DNA of 64,000 nucleotides, taken from Hyaloraphidium curvatum SAG 235-1. Lineage: Eukaryota > Fungi > Monoblepharomycota. This document shows, piece by piece, positions 49,022-64,000 of this stretch. The first letter of the stretch is position 1, and each line of letters opens with the position of its first letter. The stretch is from positions 310,001-374,000 of the forward strand of contig JAIVFI010000025.1 of the NCBI GenBank assembly GCA_025558095.1, in the 5' to 3' direction. The notes beneath the pieces are model-generated. The model was not told where the DNA came from, did no database searches, and worked only from the letters and a program-made list of their open reading frames with translations. Both the position numbers and the translations under genes were made by a program.

Positions 49022-52000
49022 TTACTGACCATCGGTAAACACAGTCGAGGTGGTACCCGTCCTCTTTACGGGGCCTTTCGCCATGGGCAGCTTTGTGCCG
49101 CCCTCGGTCCGCGGGACCGACACACCCGGGATCTTGCTCGCGTCCGGCCGCGAGGACTGTGCCGATGCCGGCCTTCTAAGTTCGCCCACAGTTCCAGTCA
49201 CCTGGGTGCCGCTGGCGACGCTGCCCCGGGAGTCCGATCGTTCCAATTGCGGGGCGTCATTCCGCTCCGATGCCCTGCTCTCCGATCTAGACGGAGGCAA
49301 GGGGGCCTCTTCCGCCGCGCGGATGTCCTCATCGTAAATGTCGCTCTGCGAATCGCTCGTTGCGAGCGCATCGTCCGGCGACACCGGCGTGGGAAGAGTG
49401 GCCGCAGCTGCTGCAGCCGACGACCTGAACTCGGCCAGGATGACGTCTACAAAACGATGAGGGTAAGCTATGGGAACTTGTCCGTGGCATTCAGCAGACC
49501 CACCGTGTGGTCGAGTAAGATCCCAGGACTGCGGATACCGGTACTTGCGGCGGGGAGGCGTAGATCCTGTACTCTCGTCCTTCTTGAGGTCCCGGTCCAA
49601 CAAGCTGTTGGTAGACTCCGCAATGGTGGCAATGTGCCAGTCGTGATCCTGCCCCCGTGATGCATCGGCTTTGGCGCTCCGTTGCTTCCAGGAATCGAGG
49701 TCGTCAATACGCTGTCTCGCGCCCTCAAAGCCAGCACCGAGCGTAGCACGAGCGATTTCGAGATTGCGGTCGACCAACAAGCGCGATGCCTCCGCGGCAG
49801 TCTTGTGGCCGTTTGCGAAAGAGGCAACCGTTGCAGTTGCTGTAGAGGAGCAATTTACCAAACCATGTGCAGGGGGCCCTTCGATTCGACCTACCCATGG
49901 AAACGGCACCGCCAAGTTGTCCGCCCATGGCCGTGAACGACGCCAAGTCGGCCGACCTGCGTTCGGACGCTTTGGCACGTCCTTCGACCATCGCCCTCTC
50001 CCAGGCAGCGCGCTGCGCGTTCTCGCGCCCCATCGCATTCTCCTTGGCAGCCTGCAATGCGCGCACAGAGCGGTCAATGCCCGCAGAGAGCTGCCGTTGC
50101 TGCTCTTCCGTGGCAGCTTTGGTTGATGCAAAGGCCCTGCCGACGTCCTGGAAGGCCTTCATGCCGTTCTCGTTGGAGGATGCAAGTCGCCGCGTTAGCT
50201 CCGAATGATCCTTGGCGCGCTGCTCCGACATCGCAAGGAGAAGACTGTTGATGGTTTGCAGCGCTTCAGTCTGCCGCCGCTCCGCTTCTTCGGCCTGCCT
50301 AGCCAGGAGGGATTCGACCTGGGCATACTGGTCCGAAAGAAGAGAGAACTGCAGACAGCATTTCAAGCATCGACCTGTGAACGGCAACGTCCAACGAACC
50401 TGCTGGTTCAGCCTTTCTTCGACTTCGGCAGCACTCTCGTTCAGCTTCCTCTGCAGAGAAGCCGAATGCGTTTCCATCGCGACCCTGATTTCCGAAGCGC
50501 CTTCCTCGATCTGCTCTGCCCATTGCTCGATCTGCGGGGATCAGCAGCGTGACAACTATCCAATGCGAAAGGCCCACCTCGCTATCCCATTGCGATGAGA
50601 AAGCCTCCCACGAGCCCAAAAGCTGCGACCAGCTGGCCTCGTCCGATTTCGCCATGGAGCCGACGGACTGCGACAGTTCCGCGAGCAAGCGTTCCATGTC
50701 GGCCAGCTGGGTCTTCATCGGTTCGGTCAGGGCGGTTTCCGAGTAGGCCAAAAGACCCTGCAGCGCTTCCAAAACGGAGTCCGTCTGTTGCTGCAGCATT
50801 TCGGTGCCCCGGGCGTGCTCGTGTTCGGCTGCCTCGCGCCAGTGAAGCAGTGCTTGCCCGAGTGTCTGCAGCTCCGTAGTGCGGTCCTCGCGGAACTTGT
50901 TCGAAGACGACGAAAGCGAAGCAAGACGGTTCCGGATGCTCTGCCGGAAATCCGAGATGACGGCATCGTTCAGCTCTTCGACCATGATCTTGCGTTCTGT
51001 GCAACATTATGAATGGATTGCCGGTCCTGCACCAAGCCATTGACTTACCTAGCTTGTCATGCACAGCGTCCAAATCGGCAAGGCCACCGGTCGCCACCTT
51101 GTGCAAGGTCTTGGCGACATCGTCCAGCTTGGCCTCCGTGGCCTGGTGCGACTGCGTGAGAACCTGCTGCTCCCGGAGCATCGTGCGCGTTTCCTCGAGA
51201 TGCTGCTCCGTCTTGGCCAGCGCTATACGGACGCGCTCGTACTCGGCCTCAACGAGCGTGAGCTTGCTCCGCTCCTTGACAAGCTCGTTCCGGACCTGCT
51301 GCAGAGCTTCCTCTCGCCGTTTTAAGGTCTCCTCGCGCTCGGTGGAAGCTTTGGTGAGCTCGTCGATGCGGTCCTTGCGTCCTTGCTGGTCCTCCATGAG
51401 CTCGTTGTATCTTTCCAAAGTCAGGTAGACTCCAGCTTTCTCGCGAGCCGCCAGCAGGTCGACCTTGAGCCGCTCGATCTCCGAGACGTACTCGCGGATG
51501 AGCGCCTTCTTGGTCATCCTCTGGTTGACCTCGGGCTTGTTGCGGATGTTCTTCGCCCGATGTGCGTAGTCCAGAGTGGAAAGAGATTCGTCCAGGTTCA
51601 CGCGAGCGGGGCTGATGGTCGCGATGATGCAAGTCTTTGTCCGACCTGTCAAGCGCCGGCGGCGTTAGCTCGGCACCACAAAACAGCGGGACAAACCCAC
51701 CTCCGAGCGAGTCCTGCAGAAGCCTTGTGAGCTTGCTTTCGCGGTAAGGGATGTGCTGCGACTTTTCGACCAGGTTGTTGATGACGCGCCCGAGGGTGAG
51801 CAAGCTCTGGTTGATCATGCCGGCTTCCCTCGCCCTCTTGCTCTCCGCTCCCGACCGTCCAATGTTCTCCGAGCCGGCCAAGTCGACCAGGTTCAGCTTG
51901 CCGACCTGGACGTAATTGATCAGGGGACGCTGGAATCGCAACAACATCGCAGATCCCACTTTGAGCAAGTCTTCGCCCTCTGGAGTAGCTTCCTTGGTGT

Positions 52001-52954
52001 GGACCGTTATCGAAAAGACGCAATGAGAACGACTGCGAGGTCCATGTTAGGTGACCGTCCTCGAAAACCCGAAAAGTCGACTCGCCTTGACTTGTCGTTC
52101 ATCAGAGTTCCGGCAGTCTGCCGACGCTCCGCTCCCTTCCTGAGCACGCCCAAGACGTCCTTGACGTTCTTGACGAGCACCTCCTCGAGCCCCTGGATGA
52201 CCACGCTCCCGCGCCCTTTGGCGTCCTCGAAGAGCCTCAGCTTGGTGTTGAGCCCGTCGACGCCCAGGAGGTCGTTGAGCTCCTCGTTGTAGAGCTCCAG
52301 CATCGAGACCCGGACGGAGTAGTCAGTGGAGGTCGACTCGAGGATGGTGAAGAGCTGGTGCAGCGCGCGCGGAATGATGCCCGCGTGGGTGTTTTCAAAC
52401 ACGGTCCCTTCGAGCGAGCCCTCCATCGTGTAGGTCTTGCCGGTGCCGGTCTGTCCGTAGGCAAAGAGCGTGCAGTTGTACCCCATGAGCACCTCCTCCA
52501 GCATCGGGGCAACGACCTCGTGGTAGACGAGCTCCTGGTCGGCTTTCGGCAGCGGTTGTCAGCTGTCCGAAACGCCCTGCGGGCCCGGGAAGACGCGTAC
52601 CATCGGGACCGAACGCCTTGTCGAACGTGTACGTCTTGCTGCTAAGATCAGACGGCGTGGTCTTGACGTGGATCTCCTTCCCCTTGGTCCCGTTGGTCGT
52701 CACGCATACGCTCGAGTTCTCCCGGATCTCCTTCTGGCTCCTCGGCCTGGCGGGGCACCGTTCAGCCCCACGTTCCGCAGACCCCGCTCCGAACCCGACC
52801 TCAAGCGCACGACGACCTGGATGTTGGCCTCCTTGGACTCGGGCTCCCGCGCCGGCGCGGCCTGCGACGAGGTCGACGCGGCGAACGCGGCGGCCGCCAT
52901 GTGCGCCTCGCTCTTCCCCGGGCTGAACACCACCGCGTGCGGCGCCGAAGACAT
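49022..52954 (-). CDS. Kinesin-5 (BimC/Eg5)
   Basis: [70 protein letters not shown], BimC box [10 protein letters not shown]; start may be 52900. Confidence 0.93.
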
Positions 52955-53502
52955 GCAGCGGCGCGATAGAGCGGATGCGCGGCCGGAGGTGCGGCGTGGT
53001 CCGGCTCAGGACCGGAGGGCGAGGCGGGCACGTCCGGTCCGGAGGCACCCCGCTTCCAGCGAACCGGCGCGCCCGGAGAAAATGCACCAGCCGGTTCTCC
53101 GAGACAAGAGCCTCAGAGTAGTTCGCTCGCCGCGCAGAGCCGCAAACGGCTCGCAGGCGTGTAACGGGCCGAGCGAATTCGGAATGAAGCTGTGTTTCAG
53201 AGTGCCGTGAGTAGCCGCGGCCGGCACGGTTCCCTCCCCGAGGCCGACAACAAGTCCTCCCGCTGTTGCAGAAGCGCATGCTCTGCTGCTTCTCGTTTAG
53301 CTTCTTTTGCTGTCGATCCAGCGACCTTCATTGGGACGGACTGCCACGGGCCCGGACAGCCGCTCCACCCAGACAAGACGTGGACCAGCAAGCAAGGTCA
53401 AGATCCGCCCCTCAATCCGATATCCTCTACCAGCAACTGATACAGGGCCTCCATCCGACTCGACCATCCTCCAAGCAGGGCATCGGCCGTCGGCGAAGGA
53501 GT

Positions 53503-54606
<1,104 letters not shown>

Positions 54607-55008
54607 CGCGGCGCGGCGGGCGGAAGCGGCGATGGGACGGGGCAGGCGCCTTTAAGACTGAGGTGGTGGAGCACGGCGCCGCGGCGTCGGCTCAAACTCG
54701 GCCTCCCCGCGGAACAATCAGCCCCGCGATTGGCAGTCGGAAGAACCCAGACTCCACCGACGAGCTGCGAGAAGAGCTCCGCAGTCTGTCGCACGCGTTT
54801 GTTGCCCCGATTCCTCTCTTCTCCGCCCACGGGCAGACCCTGCCTCCCACCCTGTCCCGTGACACGAAAACATCAATCAAGGCGATCGTGGGCGACGGAA
54901 CTGCCGGGCAATCGCGTTGTACCGCTCAGTCAGTGCGATCGGACCGAGGAAACGTGGTGCTATTGAGGTGTGCGATCATTTCCATCCCGCTGAAGTGCTC
55001 TGGCCGAG

Positions 55009-55416
55009 ATGGAGGCGCCGGCATCCGATCCGCTGCAGCTGGCGAGGCAGTACCTCGACGCGATCGAGCGTGGGACGACGGGAGACGCCCTGGCCGCCTT
55101 CTTCACCGACGACGTGGTGCAGGAGGAGTTTCCGAACCGCCTCGTGCCCGCCGGCGCGCGCCGCGATCTCGCGGACATCCTCGCAGGCGCGGAGCGCGGG
55201 CAGAAGGTGCTCTCGGCGCAGAAGTATGAGATACTGGAGAGCCTCGTGGACGGCGAACGGGTCGCCTTGGAAGTGCTGTGGGTCGGGACCCTGGCGATCC
55301 CTATCGGGTCGATACCCGCGGGAGGAGAGATGCGGGCGCGCTTCGCCGTCTTCCTGACCTTCCGCGGCGGCAAGATCGCGCAGCAGCGCAACTACGACTG
55401 CTTCGAACCGTGGTGA
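55009..55416 (+). CDS. SnoaL-like/NTF2-family protein, bacterial-type, intronless
   Basis: 135 aa; YLDAIERG...FFTDDVVQEEFPNRL...DGERVALEVLW.GT...FAVFLTFRGGKIAQQRNYDCFEPW. Confidence 0.8.
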   Translation: MEAPASDPLQLARQYLDAIERGTTGDALAAFFTDDVVQEEFPNRLVPAGARRDLADILAGAERGQKVLSAQKYEILESLVDGERVALEVLWVGTLAIPIGSIPAGGEMRARFAVFLTFRGGKIAQQRNYDCFEPW

Positions 55417-55661
55417 TGCTCATCGTTCAGCTTGCCGACGGCTTGACAGCTCCATGTGGTGGATCTGCAGAAGTGCAGTCCATTTTTGACGTTGAGCTTT
55501 CGTGCTTTCATGACTGGCTGCTTCGCAATAGAATGCAAGTACAGCTGGCTTCTTCTAGAAGAGAGAGCTGGAAGAGCTAGCTCGGAGGTTGCTGGAGTGC
55601 CGGCGTGGTGTTGACCGCACGATAGAGCCGACGCTGCTCCAAACATCGCCACTCCAAAGAC

Positions 55662-57279
55662 ATGGCGTCCACCGCCGAGCTCGAGGACCTCCGGGCCAAG
55701 GTCGCCTCGCTGGAGCTGCAGCTCAACGTCGAAAAGGCAGCCCGCGCCGTCACGGAGCGCTTGCTGGCCAAGGCCCTCGCGTGGGCGAGTTAGGAACGAG
55801 CGAGGCCCGCACCCCGAGACAACGAAGTCGCCGCCATCGAGAGCGCCGCTCTCCCGCTCGAGCTCATCGTCGAAATCGGAAGGCACCTGGAGCCCGGCTC
55901 GAGGACCCTCGCCAACATGATGCTCGCCTGCCGCGGCTTCCACGAGCTCCGGCTCCCGTTGTCCCTCTCTCGCCTGAGCCTCAAGTGGATGCTCCAGAAG
56001 CCAGAAGTGCACATCAACCGCATGCTCGACGCAAGTCTCGCCGATGGGAGGCTCAGGCACGTGCGCGAGCTCAACATCGTTGGGTTCGGCGGGGGACTGC
56101 GGTTTGCCGTGATGGGCCCTGAACTGAGGAGCCTCAAGTGCTCGTTCAAAGACTCGCAGGAGGCTACAAACTTCTGGATTGTAGTCAAGCGCGGCTGCTT
56201 TTCAGAACTGACCTCCCTGGACATGCATCTTGACACCGCGGCCAGGGACTTCCTTTTCAGGCACGTCGAGGAGCCTGTTGGCGCACGGCAGGTTCCCACT
56301 ACACGAGGCACTCTGCCGAAGCTGAGGCATGCAGTCTTCTCCGGCGATGCCCGAGCGACGAACACCTTACTCATACTGAGCACGGCCGCTCCCGGGCTGG
56401 AGGTCTTCGAATGCCACCTGAGCAACCTCCATGCCCTCGGAGAGTACGTGCACATTGTGCTCCCGCCTTCGCTGATCCCCAAGATCAAGAGCTGGCAGTA
56501 TGAAGACATCGAGGACTTTTTCGCCCTGGTGGAGACTTTCCCCAGCTTCCGGCCCGAGACCCTCGTGCCAGGAATCCACAGAAGAGTCATATCTCTCAAC
56601 GAATGGGAGCAACTTGCGGAGCAGGACTTCCTCTGCCATGTGACCTTCAAACGTGTCGAGTCCTGGGACTTCGGCTTTGGTCTGCCGCGGAACCTGGAAA
56701 CCCTCACGATCCAGCACCTCCATCTGACTGGGACGACCTCAATCGGCCATCAGGAGCTCGAAGCAGCTACCCTCCGGAGCAGATCGTCGTGCAAGGTCCG
56801 GATTCAGGGGTTCGATCACGGAAGTCGATTCTGGTGGGACACGGCTCCCCAGGCGATCCTGCAGGAGATCCGCGTGTGGATAGGCGCCGAGAACATCACC
56901 TTCGGCTGCGACGTTGGCACCGTCCTTACGGACCTGGAGCTCTTGCGGCAGAAAGACATCAAGCCCTGGGAGACCGCCGCCCGCTCCACGATCTCGCCAT
57001 CCCTCGCGCATCATGGGACAGCTTGAGGAACCGAAAATACAACTGCAGAACCAGCTCGAGAGCGTTCTCGGCAGCGACGATGACCAGCCCGAGAGCTTGT
57101 TCGGCAGGGGCCAGCACGAGAGCCTCTTCGGCGAACAGCTCGGCAGCGACGACTACCAGCTCGGCAGCGACGACGGTCAACTCGGCAGCGACGGCTACCA
57201 ATTCGACTTCGGGGGTTCGGCCGAGCCGAGGTCGAGATCGAGGCAAACCATTTTGAATGAAAATGTACAGCGCGCCTAG
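55662..57279 (+). pseudogene. F-box-like/LRR-like lineage-specific gene, apparently disrupted
   Basis: Coiled coil followed by F-box-like LPLELIVEIGRHL...LANMMLACRGF in the same frame but separated by TAG at 55791-55793; probable frame change near 57000. Confidence 0.5.
57136..57201 (+). repeat. Three tandem 21-bp units (CAGCTCGGCAGCGACGACTAC-like; QLGSDDY)
   Basis: Units at 57136, 57157 and 57178, with a degenerate copy near 57067. Confidence 0.85.
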
Positions 57280-57351
57280 TCCTTGACGAGCAGCCCCTTT
57301 TCGGAGACGTAGATCCCGGATGAAGGGCGATTTAATTGATCCGGCTGCGAA

Positions 57352-58968
57352 CTACGAGCTAAGCCCGCTGAGGTGCTTATGCCTCTTGCGCGCCTCGGTC
57401 ACGTCGATGGGCTTGTGGACAAAGGCGCGCTTGCCCGACGCGTAATCGCCCGCGCCCTGCCCCGAGCCGTACACCTTGTACTTGTAAATCACCATGCCCT
57501 CCAGGCCGACCGGGCCGCGAGCATGCGTTTTGTTTGTCGACACCTGTTCCGTGGAGGTGAGCATCGGTTTGAGATTGCTGGCGCCAGCATGCCAGCATGA
57601 TGCTCACCCCGATCTCCGCGCCAAAGCCGTAGCGGAACCCGTCCGCGAACCTCGTGCTCGCGTTCCAGTACACCCCCGCGGAATCCACCTCGGCCATGAA
57701 CCTCTCCGCCGCCTCCTCGGACTCGGCGACGATGGCGTCGGTGTGGTGCGAGCCGTGCGCGTTGATATGCGCGACGGCGTCGGCAAGGGAGGGCACGGAG
57801 CGGACGGCCACGACGAGCTCGAGGAACTCGGTGTCGTAGTCGGCGTCCGAGGCGGCCGAGAGCTTGTCCTTTGGAATTTCGGGGTCGGAAGAGAGGACGG
57901 CGAGGGTAGGGGTGTCGCAGCGCAGCTCGACACCGAGCGAGGCGAGGCGCCGGGCGACCGGGGGGAGGACGCGGTCCACCGCGGCGGCGTGGACGAGGAG
58001 CGTTTCCGCGGCGTTGCAGGCAGCGACGTAGTTGGTCTGGTGCGAATGGCAGGTCAGCTACCGCTGGGGAAACGACCTGGTTCCCGTGATCCCACCTTGG
58101 CGTCGGCCACGACCTCCACGGCCTTGTCGACGTCCGCCGACTCATCTAAGTACACAGTGCAGAGTCCGTCGGCGTGACCAAGAACAGGTATCCGGGTGTT
58201 GTCCTTAATGTAGCGCACAAAGTCGTTGCCGCCGCGCGGGATTGCCAGGTCAATGTACTTGTCCAGCTTGAGCAGCCCCGCGATCTCCTCGCGGGTGGCC
58301 ACCAGCTGGACAGCGTCCTTTGGGATCCCCGACCCTGCCGGCAGGCTTTCCAGCGCGGCCTGCAGGGTTTTGTGGAGCGCGGCGTTGGAGTGGTGCGCCT
58401 CCCTGCCGCCCTTCAGGATCACGGCGTTGCCCGACTTTAGGGCCAGCGTCGAGATCTGCACCACCACCTCCGGCCTGGCCTCAAAGATGATGAGCAGCAC
58501 GCCGACCGGGCAGGTGACGCGGTACAGCTCCAGCCCGTCGTCGAGCTTGGTCGCCAGCGTCACCTGGCCCGTCGGGTCCTCCAGCCGGTCCACGTCCAGC
58601 ACGCCCTGCAGCATCGTGCTGTACTTGGAGTCGTTGGCGCCCGCGAGATCGAGGCGCTTGAAGAGCGCCGACGAGAGCTCCCCGCCCTTGACGCGGGCCT
58701 CCGCTTCCTGGCCGGCCCTTCAGCAATACGGCATGCCCTTTGTCGGGCGACCACGCACCGCCAGGTCCCTCTTGTTGGCCTCCAAAATCGCATCCTTGTC
58801 CGCCTTGAGGCGTTCGTAGATCGCCTTTAGCGCAGCGCTCTTTGCCTCGCCGGAAGCGGCCTGGAGCGCGAAGGACGCCTCCTTTGCCCGGCGGGCGATG
58901 CCGACCAGCGCGGGGTCCGCATCGCCGTTTGCGGCACCGCGATGGCCGTTCTGCTCCGCGGCCGGCAT
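57352..58968 (-). CDS. PRO2: Gamma-glutamyl phosphate reductase
   Basis: CPVGVLLIIFEARP, KSGNAVILKGG, IPRGG, PVLGHADGLC, YVAACNAAET, GSHHTDAI, NASTRFADGFRYGFGAE, HARGPVGLEG. Confidence 0.95.
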
Positions 58969-59127
58969 CGCTGATCGCTCGCGATTGGTCTGTGTCTGTG
59001 GAGCGGTTCAACCAGTCAGTTCGCTCCGTTCCCTTGGGGCGCCCGCGCGGAGCCCTCCGCGGGACCACCGTCACCCGCTCTACATCGCCCTCTCCTCTCT
59101 CCGCGCCCGCTGCCGCCGCCGCCCGCC

Positions 59128-61631
59128 ATGGACCTCTCGACGGGCGCGGTCGCGCTCATGTACAACAGCGCGCTCGAGGCGCGCACGCCGACGCTGCAGG
59201 TGCTCAACATCAAGAAGATTCAGCCGCAGCCCGGCCAGCAACAGACGCAGGAGCGTTACCGGTGACGGCCCCGCCGCCCCCTGTGGCGCCCGCGCTGACC
59301 CCGCCCACACGCAGCCTCATCATCTCGGACGGGCAGCACTACATCCAGGGTGGGCTCGGTGCTTGGTCGCTGCCCCTCCCCGCTCTGACACCTCTTCGCC
59401 CCGCAGCCATGGTCGCCACGCAGCTCAACGAGAAGCTCACGTCGGGGCTGCTCCAGAAGAACGGCATAATTCAGGTCCACAACTGCGTCACGAACCAGGT
59501 TCAGGGGCGCAAGTGCGTGTCACATGATGGTCTCCCTGCGCTCGTTCCTTACCAGATCTCGCATCCTGCCTGCCTCTACAGGATCGTTATCATCCTCGGC
59601 ATGGACGTCCTCACCCCCAACAACGGCACCATGGAGAAAATTGGCGCCCCTGCCAACATCGAGCCCAACGCCGGCAACGAGGCCGGCGGTCCCCAGAACG
59701 CCGCCGCTCCGCAGCACCAGGCGCCCCCGTCGGTCTCGCACGCTCCCCCGATGAACAGCTACGGGGGAGGCCACGCGGCTCTGCCCCCGCAGAACAACTA
59801 CGGCGGGGGCCAGCCCGCGCCTCCCCAGAACCGCCCGCCGCAGTACGGCGCGCAGGGCGGGAGCAGCTACGGCGGCGGCGGCGGCGGCGGGTTCGGCAAC
59901 AACCAATCCAACGTGGCGAGGCCGGGCTCGGATGCGCACGGCGCCATTACTCCCATTGCCTCCCTCAACCCGTACCAGCAGAGGTGGGTCCGAACCCGCC
60001 TTGGGCTCCTATTGCCCAATCTCATGGCCGATTGTCAGGTTCACCATCTGCGCACGGGCCTCCAACAAGTCGGACATCAAGACCTGGAGCAACCAGCGCG
60101 GCGAGGGCAAGCTGTTCAGCGTCACCTTCCTCGACGACTCGGTGTGTATTTCGATTTTCGCGTCGCGGTCATTGGTGCTCATTTGCCATGGCAGGGCGAG
60201 ATCCGCGCGACGGCCTTCAACGATCAGTGCACCCGGTTTTTCGACCTCGTCGAGGACGGCGGCGTCTACTTTGTCAGCAAGGCCGACATCCGCGTTGCCA
60301 AGGGTGGTTTCGGCTCCAACAACCAGTACGAGCTACAGCTTCGGCACGACACCACCATCGAGAAGGTGCGTCTTCCTTGATTTTGTGTCGCTGCTTTCTT
60401 ACGCACTTGCAGTGCAACGACAGCAGCGTCGGCGTCCCCACCATCCGCTACAACTTTGTCCCCATCGCCAGCATCGGAGAGTACGAGAAGGACGCCCAGA
60501 TCGACGTCATCGGCGTGGTCAAGGACTGCGGCGAGGTCCAGCAGATCATCTCCAAGTCCACCCAGCGGGCGGTGCGTTCTTTCGTATCGACGACCAGCGC
60601 CCTTTTGACACGGACTTTCTTTCCAGATCGACAAGCGCGACATCACCATCGTGGACGACAGCAACCAGTCCATCCGCCTGACCCTATGGGGCAAACAGGC
60701 CATGAACTTCCGCGGCGACAACAACCCGGTCATTGCCGTCAAGAGCGCCAAGGTCGGCGACTTTGGCGGTGAGCAACTCTGCCCTCGTGTCTTGATAGTG
60801 CAGCGTTTTGATACTTTTCTTCAGGCCGCTCCCTCTCCCTCTACTCCACGAGCACCCTCACCATGGACCCCGACATTCCCGAGACGCACCGGCTGTCGAG
60901 CTGGTTCAACGGCGGTGGCCGGACCGCCGAGTTCCACAGCTTCGCCGGCACCATGGGCGGCGGTGGCGGCGCCGGCGGCCGCAAGGACGTCTTCAAGACC
61001 GTCGCCCAGGTCAAGGACGAGAACCTCGGCCACGGCGACAAGCCCGACTACTTCAACCTCAACGCCACGATCGTCTTTATCCGCAACGAGAACGTGGCGT
61101 ACCCGGCGTGCCCCACCGAGACGTGCAACAAGAAGCTCAACGAGGAGGGGCCGAACAACTGGCGCTGCGAGAAGTGCCAGAAGTTCTTCGAGGCGCCGAA
61201 TTGGAGGTGCGGTTTGCGCCATGCTGGAACTTGGTGTCTTCGTTGCTCATCTCTTGCCATTCAAGGTACATCATGAGCTGTTCCGTCAGCGACCACACGG
61301 GCCAGATGTGGCTCTCGGCCTTCAACGAGACCGCCCAGGCGATCCTCGGCGGCATGTCCGCGAACGACCTGATCGCCTTGAGGGACTCGGACTCCAACCG
61401 GTACGGCGAGATCTTCACCGATGCGACCTTCAAGCGGTACAACTTCCGCGTGCGGGCCAAGATGGAGAACTTCAACGTGCGTATCGTTTTGCGGGGAAGG
61501 AGGGACGGAAGCTAAAACCTCAATCGGCCTTCCCACAGGAGGAGCAGAAGATCAAGTGCAGCATCATGGCCGCGAGCCCGGTGGATTGGTCCGAGATGTC
61601 GAACCAGTTGATCGAGACGGTTGGTCTTTGA
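59128..61631 (+). CDS. RFA1: Replication protein A 70-kDa subunit
   Basis: RYRLIISDG, PIASLNPYQ, GEGKLFSV, GEIRATAF, IDVIGVV, LTLWG, Zn finger YPACPTETCNKK..WRCEKC. Confidence 0.95.
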
Positions 61632-62073
61632 GCGTTGCCGCATGTTGACTTGACTCATCGTCGTCTTCGGAGCAGATCAACCAGTACGGACAGTAAACTC
61701 CTTCGAAGAGCATACCCAATCTCATGCCATGTAATGCTTTTGTTGACAATTATGATTGCGCTCATGCGTGGCCCTACTTGATGATGGAAGCCCGGGTGGT
61801 TGCGGTCCGATACAGGGTCAGTGACAGGTTGCTTGTTGTTCCGCGACCGTCCCGCGAACCTGCGCAACTTTCGTAGGACGTGCCGCGTAATTCGGCGGCC
61901 CGCCCGACTGCATCTCCGCTCCGGAGATTGAAGAGCGGACTGTTCGATTTAATTGAGGCGGAGGCTGCCGGAACGGATACGGCGGAACCGGCCGGGGAGT
62001 TGTCCGGCGGGCCGGAACCGTCGCGTGCCCTTCGCCTGGACGCACCTCTTGAACACTCGGTCGGGATTCCAAG

Positions 62074-64000
<1,927 letters not shown>

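Noticed and set aside
57136-57201. Possible CRISPR-like array
   Set aside because: Direct tandem 21-mers without unique spacers; coding-type repeat in a eukaryote

Overview
GC-rich, gene-dense eukaryotic DNA with many short (~50-60 nt) GT-AG introns. It looks like an early-diverging, chytrid-type fungus: fungal housekeeping genes occur together with SAS-4/CENPJ-like and KIF24-like genes. About 24 host genes are recognisable: importin-alpha, a siroheme synthase-sulfite reductase fusion, Rec8/Rad21, CapZ-alpha, Ubc8, Hse1, an ADIP/Msd1-like gene, Rpc17, Bud32, V-ATPase e, mt-L11, Cdc25, Stm1, Spc105, Cdc7, SAS-4, Ste20, a DEDDy exonuclease, NDUFB11, Atp18, kinesin-5, NDUFS7, Pro2, Rpa1 and kinesin-13. 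The standout is an ~8.65-kb element (18793-27442) inserted between the divergent RPC17 and BUD32 genes. It is bounded by imperfect inverted repeats and a 6-bp direct repeat (TAAGTG). Manual splicing joins all of its minus-strand ORFs, in frame and at canonical sites, into one ~2,650-2,710-aa protein. That protein has an N-terminal IS630/Tc1-mariner DDE transposase and a C-terminal Fanzor1/TnpB-like RuvC plus zinc-finger nuclease with all catalytic residues present. A hairpin-rich candidate omegaRNA lies at the 3' end. All family assignments come from motif recognition by eye, not database searches, and splice models are unverified predictions.
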